From the human T2T-CHM13v2.0 reference genome, Homo sapiens, in the NCBI RefSeq assembly GCF_009914755.1, contig NC_060937.1: a stretch of 64,000 nucleotides of DNA, one strand, 5' to 3'. Both the position numbers and the translations under genes were made by a program. Under the pieces are notes generated by a model, which saw only the letters and a program-made list of their open reading frames with translations, was not told the DNA's origin and searched no databases. This document shows, piece by piece, positions 27,851-43,867 of the stretch (within the stretch, counting starts at the first letter, position 1; each line of letters starts with the position of its first letter).

Positions 27851-28810
27851 ATACATATACAGGTAACTTCTGAAGCTTCTTCTTCAGGATGAAATTTATT
27901 AACTAGCTCTTCTAAGTGTTACCAGGTCTAGATCAGAGAATTTCTCCCAGCTGTGGCTCAGGGAAGTTAGAGGGTGTGAGAGTTCCGGGGGTCTGTGGAC
28001 TGTAGTACAGAGAGTGGAAGAAAGAGAGAAAGGACCCCCTGAGATTAAATATGGGAGAAGGGTGTTAAAAGAAGAGGTAAGAGAAACTACATCTACATTT
28101 CCTACTGTCAGTCCTGTTAAATATTAACAAGGGCTTTCTTTTTAATTATCATATGTTATAAATGTGAAACTGGGCATTGAGGAAATGATTTGAAATGTTT
28201 CCAAATGCTGAACAGTAAGAGCTTTCAGGTGCAGAGTCTATGGGCCCAGATACCTTTAGGGATTACTGCATGTGCTGTTTGGTTTTGTGCTGCAACACAA
28301 ATATATCTCGCACCCAAGAGTCTTCCAAGAATTTAAAAACTTCAGATCGTACACATCACTGTCTCAAGTGTAAAATTATCATGCCCTACGCCCGATCTCT
28401 CCCTCTCACTCTCTTACTCTGATGGCAATGTGGGGAGTATGAGAGACATGTGCTAATCTGTTTGGGGAATAAGGGAAAGGTGTTGGAAAAACAGAGAACG
28501 TATTCCCTGGGAAACTATTTGAGTTCCACTAAGCAGAAACATGTACAAACTCACTTCTAATTCACTCTGAAGTAGTGCATTTCAATTCCCTTGTACAATA
28601 CAGAAACACAAAATTGGAATATGTGTCCCAGCAAGAGCTCTCTTTTGAGTGCTTAGGCCAAAGACAGTGAAATTTACCCAACAACTACATGCTATAAATC
28701 ATAGTCCACAGAACACATAGTTCTTGCCTGCCGATTTTCTTTTCAAAAGAAAAAAGATTATTGTGCTTTATCCACAAAACTAAAATTCTATGAGAATTTT
28801 GAAGAAATTA

Positions 28811-29149
<339 letters not shown>

Positions 29150-29179
29150 TGTATGTTCCCTAGCTCACTCTTTTATTCC

Positions 29180-29900
29180 ATGTCTCAATTCTTCTCCATC
29201 AACACCATCCTCATCAAAGCTAAAAAACCTCAACATTACCTTTGGCTCTTACCTCTCCTTGAGCCCACTACCTGACCATCCTTCCCAGACAGTCTTTTCT
29301 TCTGTTCCTATTGCCATTTCCGAAGCATGGATCTCATCAGGATCTTACCCAGCTGTCTCCCTCTCTTTATCGCCCTCCTCTTCAATCCTTAGTCTCTCCC
29401 CAGGATAATCAGCCCTCATTCATCCTTTCTGTAAACAGCCCCTGGAGCAATCTGCTCACACACAGCTCAGCTGTACCCCTCTTCTGCTCAGGATCTTGAC
29501 ATCTTCCCAGGCTTACACAACAAACACCATAGAGGCATCTAATGGCCTTCATGACCTGCCCCTAATTTTCCGTGCTACTTGTTTCTTGCCCTACACCTTT
29601 GGGAAAATCTTCTGCTGGACTGACATCAGACAGTCAACAGAGTTATTCAAACACCTTCCCATTTTCAACTCTTTGCCCTGCATTTTTTTCCTCAAATGTC
29701 CTTTGCTCTACCTCTCCAGCCCTAAACAGATTGAGACTTCTTGAACTCTTACCCATATGGCAAACTCAGCTCCAAGAAATCTCCTTCATGATCTTTATTT
29801 TTATTTATCTGGTTGAAATTAATATCCCCATTCCCCAGGCCCTCATACTTTCTGTACCTCCCTGTCTACATGTATCACTTTCTGCCCTGTAATATAGATA
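29180..29900 (+). mobile_element. Degraded L2 fragment
   Basis: Pyrimidine-rich, L2-like sequence (CACCATCC...AAGCTAAAAAACCT...GGCCTTCATGACCTG); boundaries approximate. Confidence 0.45.
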
Positions 29901-31288
29901 ACTGGGTTCTGCAGCCTCTTAATTTGCTTAGGAATTCTACGAATATTCCAGAAGTCACATCACTATTTTGAAGAAAAGAGAGTAGAAGTAGTCAATAGTT
30001 GTCAATACAACTAAAAAATACTTTGGTTTTCAGTCAGTATCAGCAACATAGAGCTACTGTGGACCAACAGGCTTCCAGATAACTGATATTTTAACCTTCT
30101 GGATGCCAAAGATCTCAAGTACTTTTCAATAGTTTAATGGTTTCCCAACTTCCCTTTCTTGGTGAGCAGAGTATAGGGCTTCTACCCAGAGCAGACTGGG
30201 TCTTCCAATCCACCATGTTTTCTGAAGACTTCTGCCTTTGCACACACTAGCCATCCCCTCTACATGGAATGCAATGATTCACCTTCTCTAGTTGCCAAAC
30301 TTCTATTCCTCCTGCTCACCTCAAGTGTTCTGTGACGTCATCTCTGATATGCTCAGGCAAAGTCATTAATTCCCTCCTCCATCACGCAAGTAATCTTTTC
30401 TTATTACTGTTTTAGCACTTAGCATTTATCTTGCAATGCTACCATTTTTTCTGTACACATCAATAAATTGAAGATTTCTTGCACAGTGGGTCTGAAGATC
30501 ATCTCTCTGTACATAAAAGTATCAGAGATAAGTACATTGTGTGTACATAGTAAATATTTAGAAATATTTATTACATAAATATATGACATATTATCACTAG
30601 TGAAAGTTAGTTATTGTCTTCTTAATGGTGTCATTGAGAGTTATGTCCTACTTGCTTCTATGCTGAGTTTACACAGAATGGTATGCGTTTCTACTCAGTG
30701 TTTTCTTTTCTCCTCCCCTGTGAATATCCTTTTTTGCTTTATAATTTAGGTCAGTATAATCATTGTCCTTTTCTACTTTTATTGACCCCGGTTTCTATTC
30801 TCGGCTACTTTCTTCCTGCTTCCCATTTTAATACATCTCTTATCCTCTCTCTCTTGTTTTTATGAATTCTTAAAGATTTCTTGGCTTAATGTATTTCTTG
30901 AGTTGGCATATTTCTTTATTTGCTTTCCATATCTGTCATGTGCCATCTTTCTGCAGGCAAAATTATGATTGATCAAATCATATTCAAAATATCCTTTCCT
31001 TTCTATTCCACTGCATCCACCTTTGCTCTAATTCTTCCTTTGCACACCTAAGTTACTGCAATGGCCATCTAACATCTCCATCTGCATCCAGTTACTCCCT
31101 CTTCTCATCAGACATATGTATCACGACTAAGTTACTCTTCCTAAAACACTAATTTCCCTGTATTCATCCTATGCACAACAGCCTTTGATTTCTCTTTGCC
31201 TACATTCTGGCATTCAAAGTTCTCACAATCTGGTCACATCCTGTCTCTCATTTTACTTCCCATTTCTCCAAAACATGTAGTGGGTTAT

Positions 31289-31480
31289 TGTGGTAATTGG
31301 CTCCAAAGATGTTCCACTGTACAACCACACCGGTATTCATATCCTTGTGTGACCTTTTGTCTCTGGGCTGGGCCTATGACTTGATTTTTACCAATGGACT
31401 GTGATGGAAGTGAAGCGGAAGGACTTTGGAGGATAGGTCAGAAGACGCCTTGCAGTAACTTAGGCTTCAATTTTCAGGAA
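31289..31480 (+). mobile_element. MLT1-family LTR 5' fragment
   Basis: TGGCTCCAAAGAT...TCTGGGCTGGGCCTATGACTTG...ATGGAAGTGA. Confidence 0.55.
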
Positions 31481-31652
31481 GGCTGCTTCTCTTCTTAAGA
31501 CTGCTCTGATTCCATCCTAGTCCAAACCACAACTTCTCTCCTAGGTCCCATGAACACAAGAAAAAAGATCCTTTTTGTCTTGTCTTTCCAAACGTAATGC
31601 CAGAGCTCAGGAAAAATGCAACTCAAGATGCCATCTGATTTCCTGTATAGTA

Positions 31653-32571
31653 CAGATTGACAATCTCTAATCTGAAAATCCAAACTCTGAAATATTTCAA
31701 AATTCAATGAGGGCCAACATGATGATGATGTTGTTGGTGACACTGCAGAAAAAGTGCCTGCAGATAACATGGTGAAAATGTGTAATGAGCTTATTGAAGG
31801 ACTAGAGCAGCATGCATTCATAACAGAACAAGATGTCATGTCAGCTCACGAAATCAAAGAGAGACTTCTCAGACAAAAACTTTCGTTAATGAGGCAGATG
31901 ACTCCGGAGGAAACATTTTAAAAAGCCATCCAGCGGAAGGTCTCCTCATCCCTAAAGGATTCCCTTCCTGGTCCTGCAACTGCCTCTGATGCTTTTTCTC
32001 ACCTAAAAAAAAAAAACTACAGTGGACAGTAACCTCTTAATCAAAACACAGCCTCACAGGTGGAGACCAAAACCCGGCGTTGTTTGTTGTTGCTGTTGTT
32101 AGCAGCTAATTCAGGTATTCTGGTGGTGCTACTCTGCTGCATAGGTACCCTGAACACATTAATACACCTGTATTAATGGTATTTATTGGTATTTCTGAGT
32201 GAATAAGTGTAAGAAAATTATTGCTTATTAGAGGTATATAAATTTAATCAGGAATAATGGTGATGCCAAACAACCACAGACTGCCTGTGTGAGTGGCTGA
32301 GATAATGACACCTTTGCTTTTTGATGACATTTGTGACACATTTGTACACAAAGTCTGTTTATGCACAAAATAATTTTAAAACATTCTATAAAATTACCTT
32401 CAAGCTATGTGTATAAGTTGTATATGAAACATAAATGAATTTCATGTTGAGACTTCGGTCCCATTCCTCACGATATCTTATTATATGTATGCAAAATCCC
32501 AAAATCCAAAAGAATACAAAATCTAAAACAGTTGTAGGCCCAAGCATTTCAGATAAGGGCAACTTAACTTG
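31653..32571. mobile_element. Tigger4b/Zombi-type DNA transposon
   Basis: TIRs CAGATTGACAATCTCTAATCTGAAA and CAAGCATTTCAGATAAGGGCAACTTAACTTG, with an internal transposase C-terminal remnant. Confidence 0.8.
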
Positions 32572-32576
32572 CAATA

Positions 32577-32883
32577 CAGTTGTCCCTTGTATCAATTGGG
32601 GATTGGTTCTAGGACCTCCCACAAATATCAAAATTTGTGGAGATCAAGTCCCTCTTGTAAAATTGTGTAATATTTGCATATAGCCTATGTACATTCTCCT
32701 GTGTACTTTAACTCACCTCTAGATTACTTACAATATCTAATACAATGTAAATGCTATGTGAATAGTTGTCATACTGTATTGGTTTGTATTTGTATCATTT
32801 TTATTGGGTTTTTCCCAAATATTTTTGATCTGATGTTGGTTGAATTCGCAGTGGCAGAACACACAGATATGGAATGCTGCCTG
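32577..32883 (+). mobile_element. MER2 Tigger-family MITE
   Basis: TA-CAGTTGTCCCTTGTATC...GGGGATTGGTTCTAGGACC...CAGATATGGAATGCTGCCTG-TA. Confidence 0.85.
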
Positions 32884-32921
32884 TAATTGGTGCACAGATC
32901 ACACCTAGAAAGTAACTTCTT

Positions 32922-33245
<324 letters not shown>

Positions 33246-33394
33246 AGAAAGAAACTTCTCCTAGCCTTAGTTTACTCATCTAGTTGTACTGAATCATTGC
33301 AAATTCTCAGATTGTTGATCCATAAAATTAGGTCTTGCAAATTGCCTTCTCCAGCTTCAGATCTTAACTAGTTCAAATCTCATTCCCCTCCTCA

Positions 33395-33870
33395 GACTTC
33401 TGCTTCCCGTCAAAATGAAGTAACAGACCAGATTTACCATCTTATCTGAACCAACCAAAAATGGACAAAATATATGAAACAAATGTTGTCAAGACATCCA
33501 CCATCAGACAGCTACAGATGACAATCCCTGGGAGACAGAAGACAAATGAAGTGGGCTCTGTGATCATTCTAGTTTACTGCCTTGAGAGAGTTTTGAAGTC
33601 ACAGCACACAGAAGAGGAACCCAGGCCTAGCCTAGTGTACTCTCTGAGCTAAGGAGATGGAGCTGGGAATTCAGGGAAACTAAGGAGCCTAGAGCTAGAA
33701 GACAAAGTAAAAGGGAAGAGAGAGTTGCACAAAGGAAGAACCCCCAGCGATTTGCAGGTGGTCCTGCTTGAGTATCCAGCTGACACGGATCAGCATATAC
33801 ATGTGAGAAAACCAAAATAAAATCAGATAGCCATGTATACCATACACAAATATCAATTCCAGGTAAATTT
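33395..33870 (+). mobile_element. Old L1M 5' and ORF2 fragments (host of the L1PA insertion; continues at 35623-35800 and ~36100-36250)
   Basis: ACTTCTGCTTCC...AAAATGGACAAAATATATGAAAC; CATACACAAATATCAATTCCAGG resumes after the L1PA as ...TTTCTTAAACAAGACACAAAA. Confidence 0.55.
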
Positions 33871-33884
33871 AATAAAATAAATTG

Positions 33885-35609
<1,725 letters not shown>

Positions 35610-35806
35610 AATAAAATAAATTCAAGAAGCAAAATGTTAAAGCTTTGAGAGGAAAATAAAGAATATCTCTATCACATCAAGGTAGAGAATTTTTCTTAAA
35701 CAAGACACAAAAAAACACTAACCATAAAGGAAAAGATTAATACCTTTGTGTACATTAAAATTAAACTTTCTGGACTACAAAAGACAACATATAAAAAGTG
35801 AGACTG

Positions 35807-36068
35807 GGTCAGGCACGCTGGCACACACCTGTAATTCTAGCACTTTGGAAGGCCAATGGTGGCGGATTGTTGAGCTCAAGAGTTCCAGGCTAGCCTGGGC
35901 AACAAAGTGAAATCTCATCTCTATAAAAAATACAAAAACCAGCTGGGCATCGTGGTGTACACCTGTAGTCCCAGCTACTCAGAAGGCTGATGTGGGAGGA
36001 TGGCTTGAGCCCAGAGGTAGAGGTTGCAGTGAGCTGAGATCACACCACTGCACTCCAGCCTGGGCAAC
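35807..36068 (+). mobile_element. AluJ lacking its 3' end and tail
   Basis: The Alu dimer ends abruptly at CCTGGGCAAC. Confidence 0.9.
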
Positions 36069-36187
36069 TGGATATGTGGGGGAATAAAATCCCACATATC
36101 TATTTTTAAAAAATACAGCAACCTAATAACAAACTGTGGACTAAAGATATAAATAGTCAGTTTTAGAAGAGAAATAACAAATGGGCA

Positions 36188-36210
36188 GTGTGTGTGTGTG
36201 TGTGTGTGTG
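36188..36210. repeat. (GT)n microsatellite
   Basis: About 11 GT units. Confidence 0.95.
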
Positions 36211-36753
36211 TTCAAATTTCTCAGGAAAATAAAACCACTTTCACACCCACCTCATAGATTTCTCAACGATCACAGAGCCCATTTCATTTGTCATTTATTC
36301 ATTCAGCACAGATGTATTGGGTCACTCCTAGCTACACAGCTCTGTTAGGCACACAGAAACATTAAAAAGGTAAATAAATGACCATTGTTTTATTTACCTT
36401 CTCTGCTAGCATGAGAACTCGAAGAGGTCAGGGACTGCTTCTTGTTCTTCATTGGATCTTCCACACATAATACATTCCTGGCATCAAGTACAAAGATGAT
36501 GCAACTCCTGCTTTGAGGATCTGGAAATGTGAGGAGGAGGACGAGGCAAGAAAGTAGCAAAGCCCAATACCTCTCGGGCATGCCTGGGAGTGTCCATGAG
36601 GAGCTAGATTTTGAAGGACATATAGAAGTCCACCAGTACTTTGGTTACACTCTTTATATAAAGAGTCACATCGGAAATGGGCCTCAAAAAATGTTTTCCC
36701 TAACACAGCTTCTTTCTTTTCAAATTAGCACAGAATATTTACCATATTATAAA

Positions 36754-36756
<3 letters not shown>

Positions 36757-36798
<42 letters not shown>
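36757..36798. repeat. (CA)n microsatellite
   Basis: About 21 uninterrupted CA units. Confidence 0.97.
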
Positions 36799-36801
<3 letters not shown>

Positions 36802-36946
36802 CCTAGTCTCAAATAACTAATTCCCTGGTAGTAAATAGCTTCAACTACAAAATGCCAGAAAAAGGAGAAGAAAGAGGAGGAGGAAGAGGGAAAAAAAGAG
36901 GAGTAGGAAGAAGAATCAAAGCCATCTATATCCACACAACTTACCA

Positions 36947-37465
36947 TGTATTATGTTAACGTTGCTTCACTACTAGCTATCTTTACTCCGGTTAACATTG
37001 TTTTATTACTTCCTGTCTTCAATGACTTTACTAATTCAGAAAACTCTTGCCCAAGAAGATAAAAAAAAGTTGCAGGTAACTTTATTGTTAGTTTCAGCAA
37101 CTTCCTAGAAATCCCAGTTAAGCGAACATCTAACTGTTCACCTCTTCAAAAGACTGCTTACTCCCCAAGATCCTTCAAAACTCTCAACTCTACCAATTTT
37201 AAACTACTATATGATAATCATTATTCAGTCCCAATTAACATCACTCTCCTACACTCCCCTAAGCCCTAGCCCTCCAAACTCCCCAATCTCCACTACCCCT
37301 CAGCTTGAAAAGACCTGTCTTAAGCCAGACTTCCTGATTTTACCATGCCACTCAATACTAGTGCTCTGTGGGGTCCTACAATTAAACTAGGATGCAATAA
37401 GAATAAACTCAGCCTTTTCTTATCAACAAGTTGTTTTGGTGATATTTTTGAAGTGCCAGTATTAC
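36947..37465 (+). mobile_element. Possible old ERV LTR (family not assigned)
   Basis: LTR-like layout: TG start, AATAAACTCAGCCTT poly(A) signal, then a T/G-rich U5-like end. Confidence 0.35.
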
Positions 37466-37624
37466 ATTATCATCATCACTATCACTAACAAGGATTGAGC
37501 TCTGACTACATACCAGGTAATTGCTAAATGCTTTAAATACCTGATAATCACATTCTGTACAGGAAGTATTTCTAAACAAATAATTAAATTATGGAATATA
37601 TATTCAAATGAGATTTTATAATAC

Positions 37625-38250
37625 CTTTCAAAGAGGAAGTTTGTATTTTCTGCTGTCCTTCTTCATAAAGATTAAGCCAAATGGACCCATGTCTAAAAGA
37701 TACTCTGGGGCAGATTTCCTTGGTGCGTATTACCGGAAGTCATCGTGATTATAGTGGCATTGGCCTTCATAGCTCAGCTTCATTGAGTTCTATTAAAAGA
37801 ATCCCAGCAATGGAAATAAATGTGCCTCTTATTTCAACATTAAAGACAAGTGACCTTCTCAAAGAAAATATTAGCTGATGAAATAAATAAAGAAGGTGTT
37901 GGAAACATGAACAAAATAAAGGTAGGGAATTTCAGAAAGAGAAACGCCTGGATTTAGCCCTTCACCTCCAAATAAAGAATAATAGATATTTCCTTGGCAA
38001 ACTGAGCGAAGAAAATGGGATGACGGAGCTTCCCAACTAAAATAACATCAACTATATATTGTAATTTCGCTTTTGCAACACCACGCTTCTGACTTGGTGG
38101 CACTGCCCGTAAAAATTCATTTTCAAGAAGCCCACCGGAACAGCCTGGGTCTTTGCCTTAATTCACTTTTCCTGGTAAGAGCCAAGAGGAGAGGTAGCCT
38201 TATCTAAGAACAGACGGCAGTGCGCTCCATCGGAGGAAGCTGAATACTAA
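37625..38250. promoter_or_regulatory. Candidate enhancer (ETS/PU.1 motifs, locally retained CpGs)
   Basis: Sequence not recognised as a repeat; AAAGAGGAAGT (37630-37640), ACCGGAAGT (37732-37740), ACCGGAAC (~38134), GGGAATTTCA (~37925). Motif evidence only. Confidence 0.35.
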
Positions 38251-38804
38251 ATTAATCATGTTCTGGCTAGAATTTGCAATTCTTTGAGAGATGCTCAAGT
38301 ATGAAAAATTTAAAGGTAACAAGGAAAGAAGGAGAGAGGTTGTGAAGCAGAAAGCTTCAGAGGGCACTTTAAATGTGAAAGATGCATTATAGTTTCTCAC
38401 ACATGAACAAGATAGCTTGCCTTATCCAGAATGCTATACATAAGCACTGTATTCTCATAGATGTGCCCTGTGAAGGGAGCTATCGTCCTGGAACACAGAA
38501 ATTTCAGATTCAATGGTCATTTTCAGCGATTAGTATTAATATGAAGCCCATCCATCTGAAACTAGCATTAATTGGTCAAAACCACATGCACGGATAATGT
38601 CAGTACAAAATGACATGCTCTGCTTAAGGGGATCCCGGCACTTTTGCATAGATGAGTTTAAGAAGTTTTTTATTATTTTTTAAAATGTATACCTCCCCCT
38701 TTGTTTCTACTGTTCTCAAACTAGTTTTCTTTCTGTGTTCCTAGGATCCCCACTTTGCACTGCATACTTCACCATTGGTCTGCTGCATAAATGTAGCCAA
38801 ATAG

Positions 38805-38921
38805 CAGGAGAATGGCGTGAACCCGGGAGGCGGAGCTTGCAGTGAGCCGAGATCGCGCCACTCCACTCCAGCCTGGGCGACAAAGCGAGACTCCGTCTCA
38901 AAAAAAAAAAAAAAAAAAAAA
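38805..38921 (+). mobile_element. 5'-truncated young AluY (right-arm portion only)
   Basis: CAGGAGAATGGCGTGAACCCGGGAGGCGGAGCTTGCAGTGAGCCGAGATCGCGCC; pure A tail; exact 16-bp TSD AAATGTAGCCAAATAG (38789-38804 / 38922-38937). Confidence 0.97.
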
Positions 38922-40029
38922 AAATGTAGCCAAATAGGGTCTCTTCTGTAGTTTCTTCATCTCAAAAATTAAACAATAATCCTGACCCATTATAAATTAA
39001 AGCCATGAGGGATTTTTCTGAGATCACTTTCCCTAAAGTTACTTCTGATATTTGAAGTGTTTTTTTAAAAAAAGGAATAGAAAAACAAATGCCCTAACTA
39101 AAATAACAAGAAACTCATAAATGCAGTGCCATTTAGCGCAATATTCCATGACAATTATAAGTTTTTAAAAAAACTGTTCTGCTCTCCCGAAGACACTCAG
39201 GTAATATCCTTCCAGGACTATTCCATTATACCTTATTCTCAATCCCAACCACATCTCTTTCTACTGATGCTGAAATTTCCTTTGTTGTGGTGGAAAATGG
39301 CTTTCCTGATAACCGTAGAAGAGGGAACAACGTCAAACTTCATCTCTAATAAATTATGATGCCTCTACCTTCAGATGCAGATAGAGGTATCTATTGTCAC
39401 CCTGAGTGGTTTGGATAGTGACAAGATGGATGAGTGCTGTAATTGAAGCCCCTGTGCCCCCTTATCCTCATGGAGCCTCTGGCTGCCCAAGTCTTACACT
39501 TTCTCCCTCTCTTATTCAGTAGTTTAGTCCCATCTCTTCTCCATTCTCCAAATCCTGCATGGAATTTCCTGCCCCAAATCCCATGTTCTTAGTCCTCTGC
39601 CTTAAACTAACAGCTAAAAACTTGTTCCTAGGAAGCTGCTAATAACGTCTGATAAGGAGCCTGCAATACAATTCATGTCACTCTCAGGAGCTCAGTGATT
39701 CCTTTTGCTTGTGGAGAGAAATTTTCTCTTATCATCAATTAATATTTTATAGGTTGCTTGTTCTTTACATTACCTCCATCCCAAACAATTTACTTTTTGA
39801 ACTCTCTTTCCCCTCCCCTAATCTCTGCTGAGTTGGGGTGGACGGGGGTTAGTGCTACCCCACTCGTAGGGAGATGTGATTTGCAGATGGTGAGCTGCTC
39901 CTAACCAGCTCATATTTTCCAGTCACTGAAGACAGCCACGAGCAGCCACTGCAGAGCAGCCCTCGAGATTCACCATCTGGATGAGGAAGAGGAATTGAGT
40001 CCTACCTGGCTTAGGACTTTCTTTTAGTT

Positions 40030-40500
40030 CCTCCAATGCATGACTCACCTCAACCTTCATCCAAACTGTTGTTCCATCTTCCTGGGACACTCCATTCCCT
40101 ACACTCCAAGGGCTAACTTGGTGTCACGTTTCCAGTCTCAACATAAACTTTATTGCTTCAGGGAGAACTTTGCTAACCCTGGCAGATACACACTAAGTTA
40201 ATGTTCCATGTTTAATGCTCCCACACCACCCAACACTTCTACTTTTATGACAGCCAGCACAACATATCCTGTTCTGTCACATTGCCCATCATTTACTCAG
40301 GTCGTCTTCCACCCTGGACTGAGAAGACCACTGTGGCTGCTGGTTTGGTATTGTGTTGCCAGTGGATAGCAAACATTTATCAAATGAATAAATAAAAGGT
40401 AAGAATAGTACTTGTTTCATTCTTATATCTGCTATAACATCTAGCAAAGTAACTGAAACTTAATTAGCATTCAATAAAATGCTTATGGATTAAATGCAGG
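40030..40500 (+). mobile_element. L2 3'-end fragments
   Basis: GCTGTTCC-like start and TGAATAAATAAA / CATTCAATAAA ends; boundaries approximate. Confidence 0.45.
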
Positions 40501-42144
40501 AATAAGAACCCTAAGGATGTCAGCTGAATTCAGCACTACCCCAAATCAACTGGGAAAATCCTTCCTACCGTCGTTCTTTCCTGATCTCTCAGTGGGTTTC
40601 TTGCCTTGCTACTTGGCTCAGATAAAAGCTAGAAAGAACAGCACTACAGGAGGAAAAAAATGGTAATATGCAATGGAGACTAAACTGCTATAATCAAAAG
40701 TAATATTCTTCTCTCTCTCTTTCAACTCCTTCTATTGAATACCACCCCCATCCCCAGAGCAAAAGATCACTGGAAACACACCCATAAAAAAGTCACCCCT
40801 ATATTTTTTTTATAAAAAGTATGCTATTTAGGTTCTCAGCCATGAATATGTAGCTGATATTGACTAATGGGAAATGTAAAAGGAAGAAAGCTACAGCTTT
40901 TTAAAGCATACTCATTGAAATTAAGGTCATATGTAAGAAATTTGTTTTAAAAAAATTTCTGAGCCACATCCAAAACTCTAGAGGGCATATTAAATAATGA
41001 AAATGTAAACTATTGGGATTTGGTGCTGGTTACTATGTTGGCACAGTACATAGCTCCCTGTGTGGCTTAAAAAATTAGGGAATTTTCCCTTCTCCCTTTA
41101 TCTAGTAGCCTCCAAAATTAAAACAATTTTCTTTTCTTTGTGTAATAATACAAGCTAACCAAATTATGCTCTAATATTTTCATTCAATGACTTGGGAAGT
41201 CATGAAAATGCTTGTTTGGGGAGTTGCCCATATAGAAACAGAAAGAAAAAACCGTATCAAGAGGATTAAAGAGAGAGAGAGAGATAAAACAAAGAATTCC
41301 AAGGATTGTCACAATCTGATCTGCATAAATAAAAGATAATGGCTTCAGTGAGCTGGCCAACCTTTCTGTGGAGTGATCGGTCTGTAGAGAGTCATGTCTA
41401 AGAGGCTGCAGGTCATTATGGCAAGATAAAGCCTATTTCTCATTTATATTAAAGAATCTTGCCTGTTAAGGGCTTGATATGGATTTCAGACATAAATGTG
41501 CACAAGGCTCCACACCTTGTTAAGCCAATTTCTACGTATGCATTCCCTCCCTAATACACATGCAGATTTTATCATTCACAACTCAACTATTACACCTAAC
41601 ATACTTTTCTTGATTTACAAAGGGTAACATTTAGGTAGATCAGAAGTACTCAAATTGGGGGAATTGGATCATAAAATTTTCCCTTGACAAAGAAATTATT
41701 TTTTAATTTTGTACAGAAAAACGAATTTCCTTCCTTTTAAACAGGGCTTGCTACATCAAGAGAAGAAGGTTAAACTGTTTCCATTTTTTTAATATGTTTG
41801 ATTCACTTTATTATAATATCTGGTTCCAGGCAAATGGATTGTTCCAAGTCAGCAACTGGAAACCTAAGCAATGGAAACTTTCACATTAAAAAACAAACAA
41901 ATCAGACAATACAGTAAACAAACCCTGACTATAAAAATGGTTAAATACAGTATAGGAAACTCAGTAAAGTCAATGAGGTACCTTGGGTCCAAAAAGGAGC
42001 TATATGTATAATTGAAAGACTTCCTTGGCTGGGCCTTGTGAGGTGGCTGTAGCATTAGTGGGGTCCCTACTTTATAGGTCTACAGGTTGAGAAACTCAAT
42101 GGGTACCTTCACCCAGGCACAAGCAGATCCTACTGTGTTGATTT

Positions 42145-42796
<652 letters not shown>

Positions 42797-43249
42797 AAGA
42801 ATTAATTTATAAGGCAATAATAACATGACATAGTAGGAAATCTCTAGATAGAAGATAGGGCCTCTGGTCCTGGTCTACTGAGTTTCCATCACTGGGACTC
42901 TGTGAGTCACTTGATCTCTCTGGTTCTTTATTTTCCTTATATTTCCTAATCGAGAGGTATTCAGTTAATTCAATCAATGACAAAATAGTTCAATAGAAAT
43001 ATGGGCAAAGACAAGAACAGAAGGCAGTATGGTACTATGGTTTTCAAACAAAAGTCTGAGAAATTTGGAAGTCCCCAGATGTATCAATAACCGAGGAACT
43101 TGTACCAAGAAGTCCCACAGCATAGATGTTGGGATGATCTGAAAGTGCTGTATGAACAAAAGGCTCATTTTGCAAAGTGTTGCCAAATATGTGATGGGTG
43201 GACCTGGGAGAGATTATAAACTTATTTTATGGGAAGGTACTGCCTAGAA

Positions 43250-43867
43250 CAAGCGTTCTCAATGGGAATGCTACTGCCCCTTAGGGGAGGTTTTGGAAAT
43301 TAGATTGGGGTTAGTTGTCACAATGACTGGGGACACTAGTGGCATTTAGTTGACAGGAGGCAGAGGCACTGTGTGTCTTGCAATATACAAGATAGTCCTA
43401 CACAAGGAATAATTATTCCAGTTCCCACAAAACGTCATGACATTGATGAAGGTATGTTTATAATTATCTAGCTTAGTTTTACATATAAACAATAGTATTA
43501 TTTATGTCAACAAGCAAAAAAAAGATTGCATTATTGACTTCCCAGGATGATAACTGCAAAGTAAATCAAGGGAATATCATACTTTATGTTCAGATTTTTG
43601 TCAAAAGGGTTCACAGTTTTGGAAAGTCGGTCCACTCATGATATTCGAGTCAGCAATGAGACATTTACATCAGTCTGCATTTGTGGCTGTAGGATTCATA
43701 GTGATTCTACATATGGGGCAAACATCTTTTTAGAACAAATTCCTTCCCTTTTATTTCTCCCTTATAATAAAGTTAGGGCATAGTTTTGACACTTGCTGTC
43801 AAAGAGGTATTCAAAATATTTGTCATATGAAAGTGGAGCCTTGGGTACGACAACGTTGAGAACACTG
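43250..43867. mobile_element. MER20B-like hAT-Charlie element
   Basis: TIRs CAAGCGTTCTCAA / TTGAGAACACTG; 8-bp CTAG-centred flanks GCCTAGAA / ATCTAGGG; GTTGTCACAATGACTGGGG core. Confidence 0.75.
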
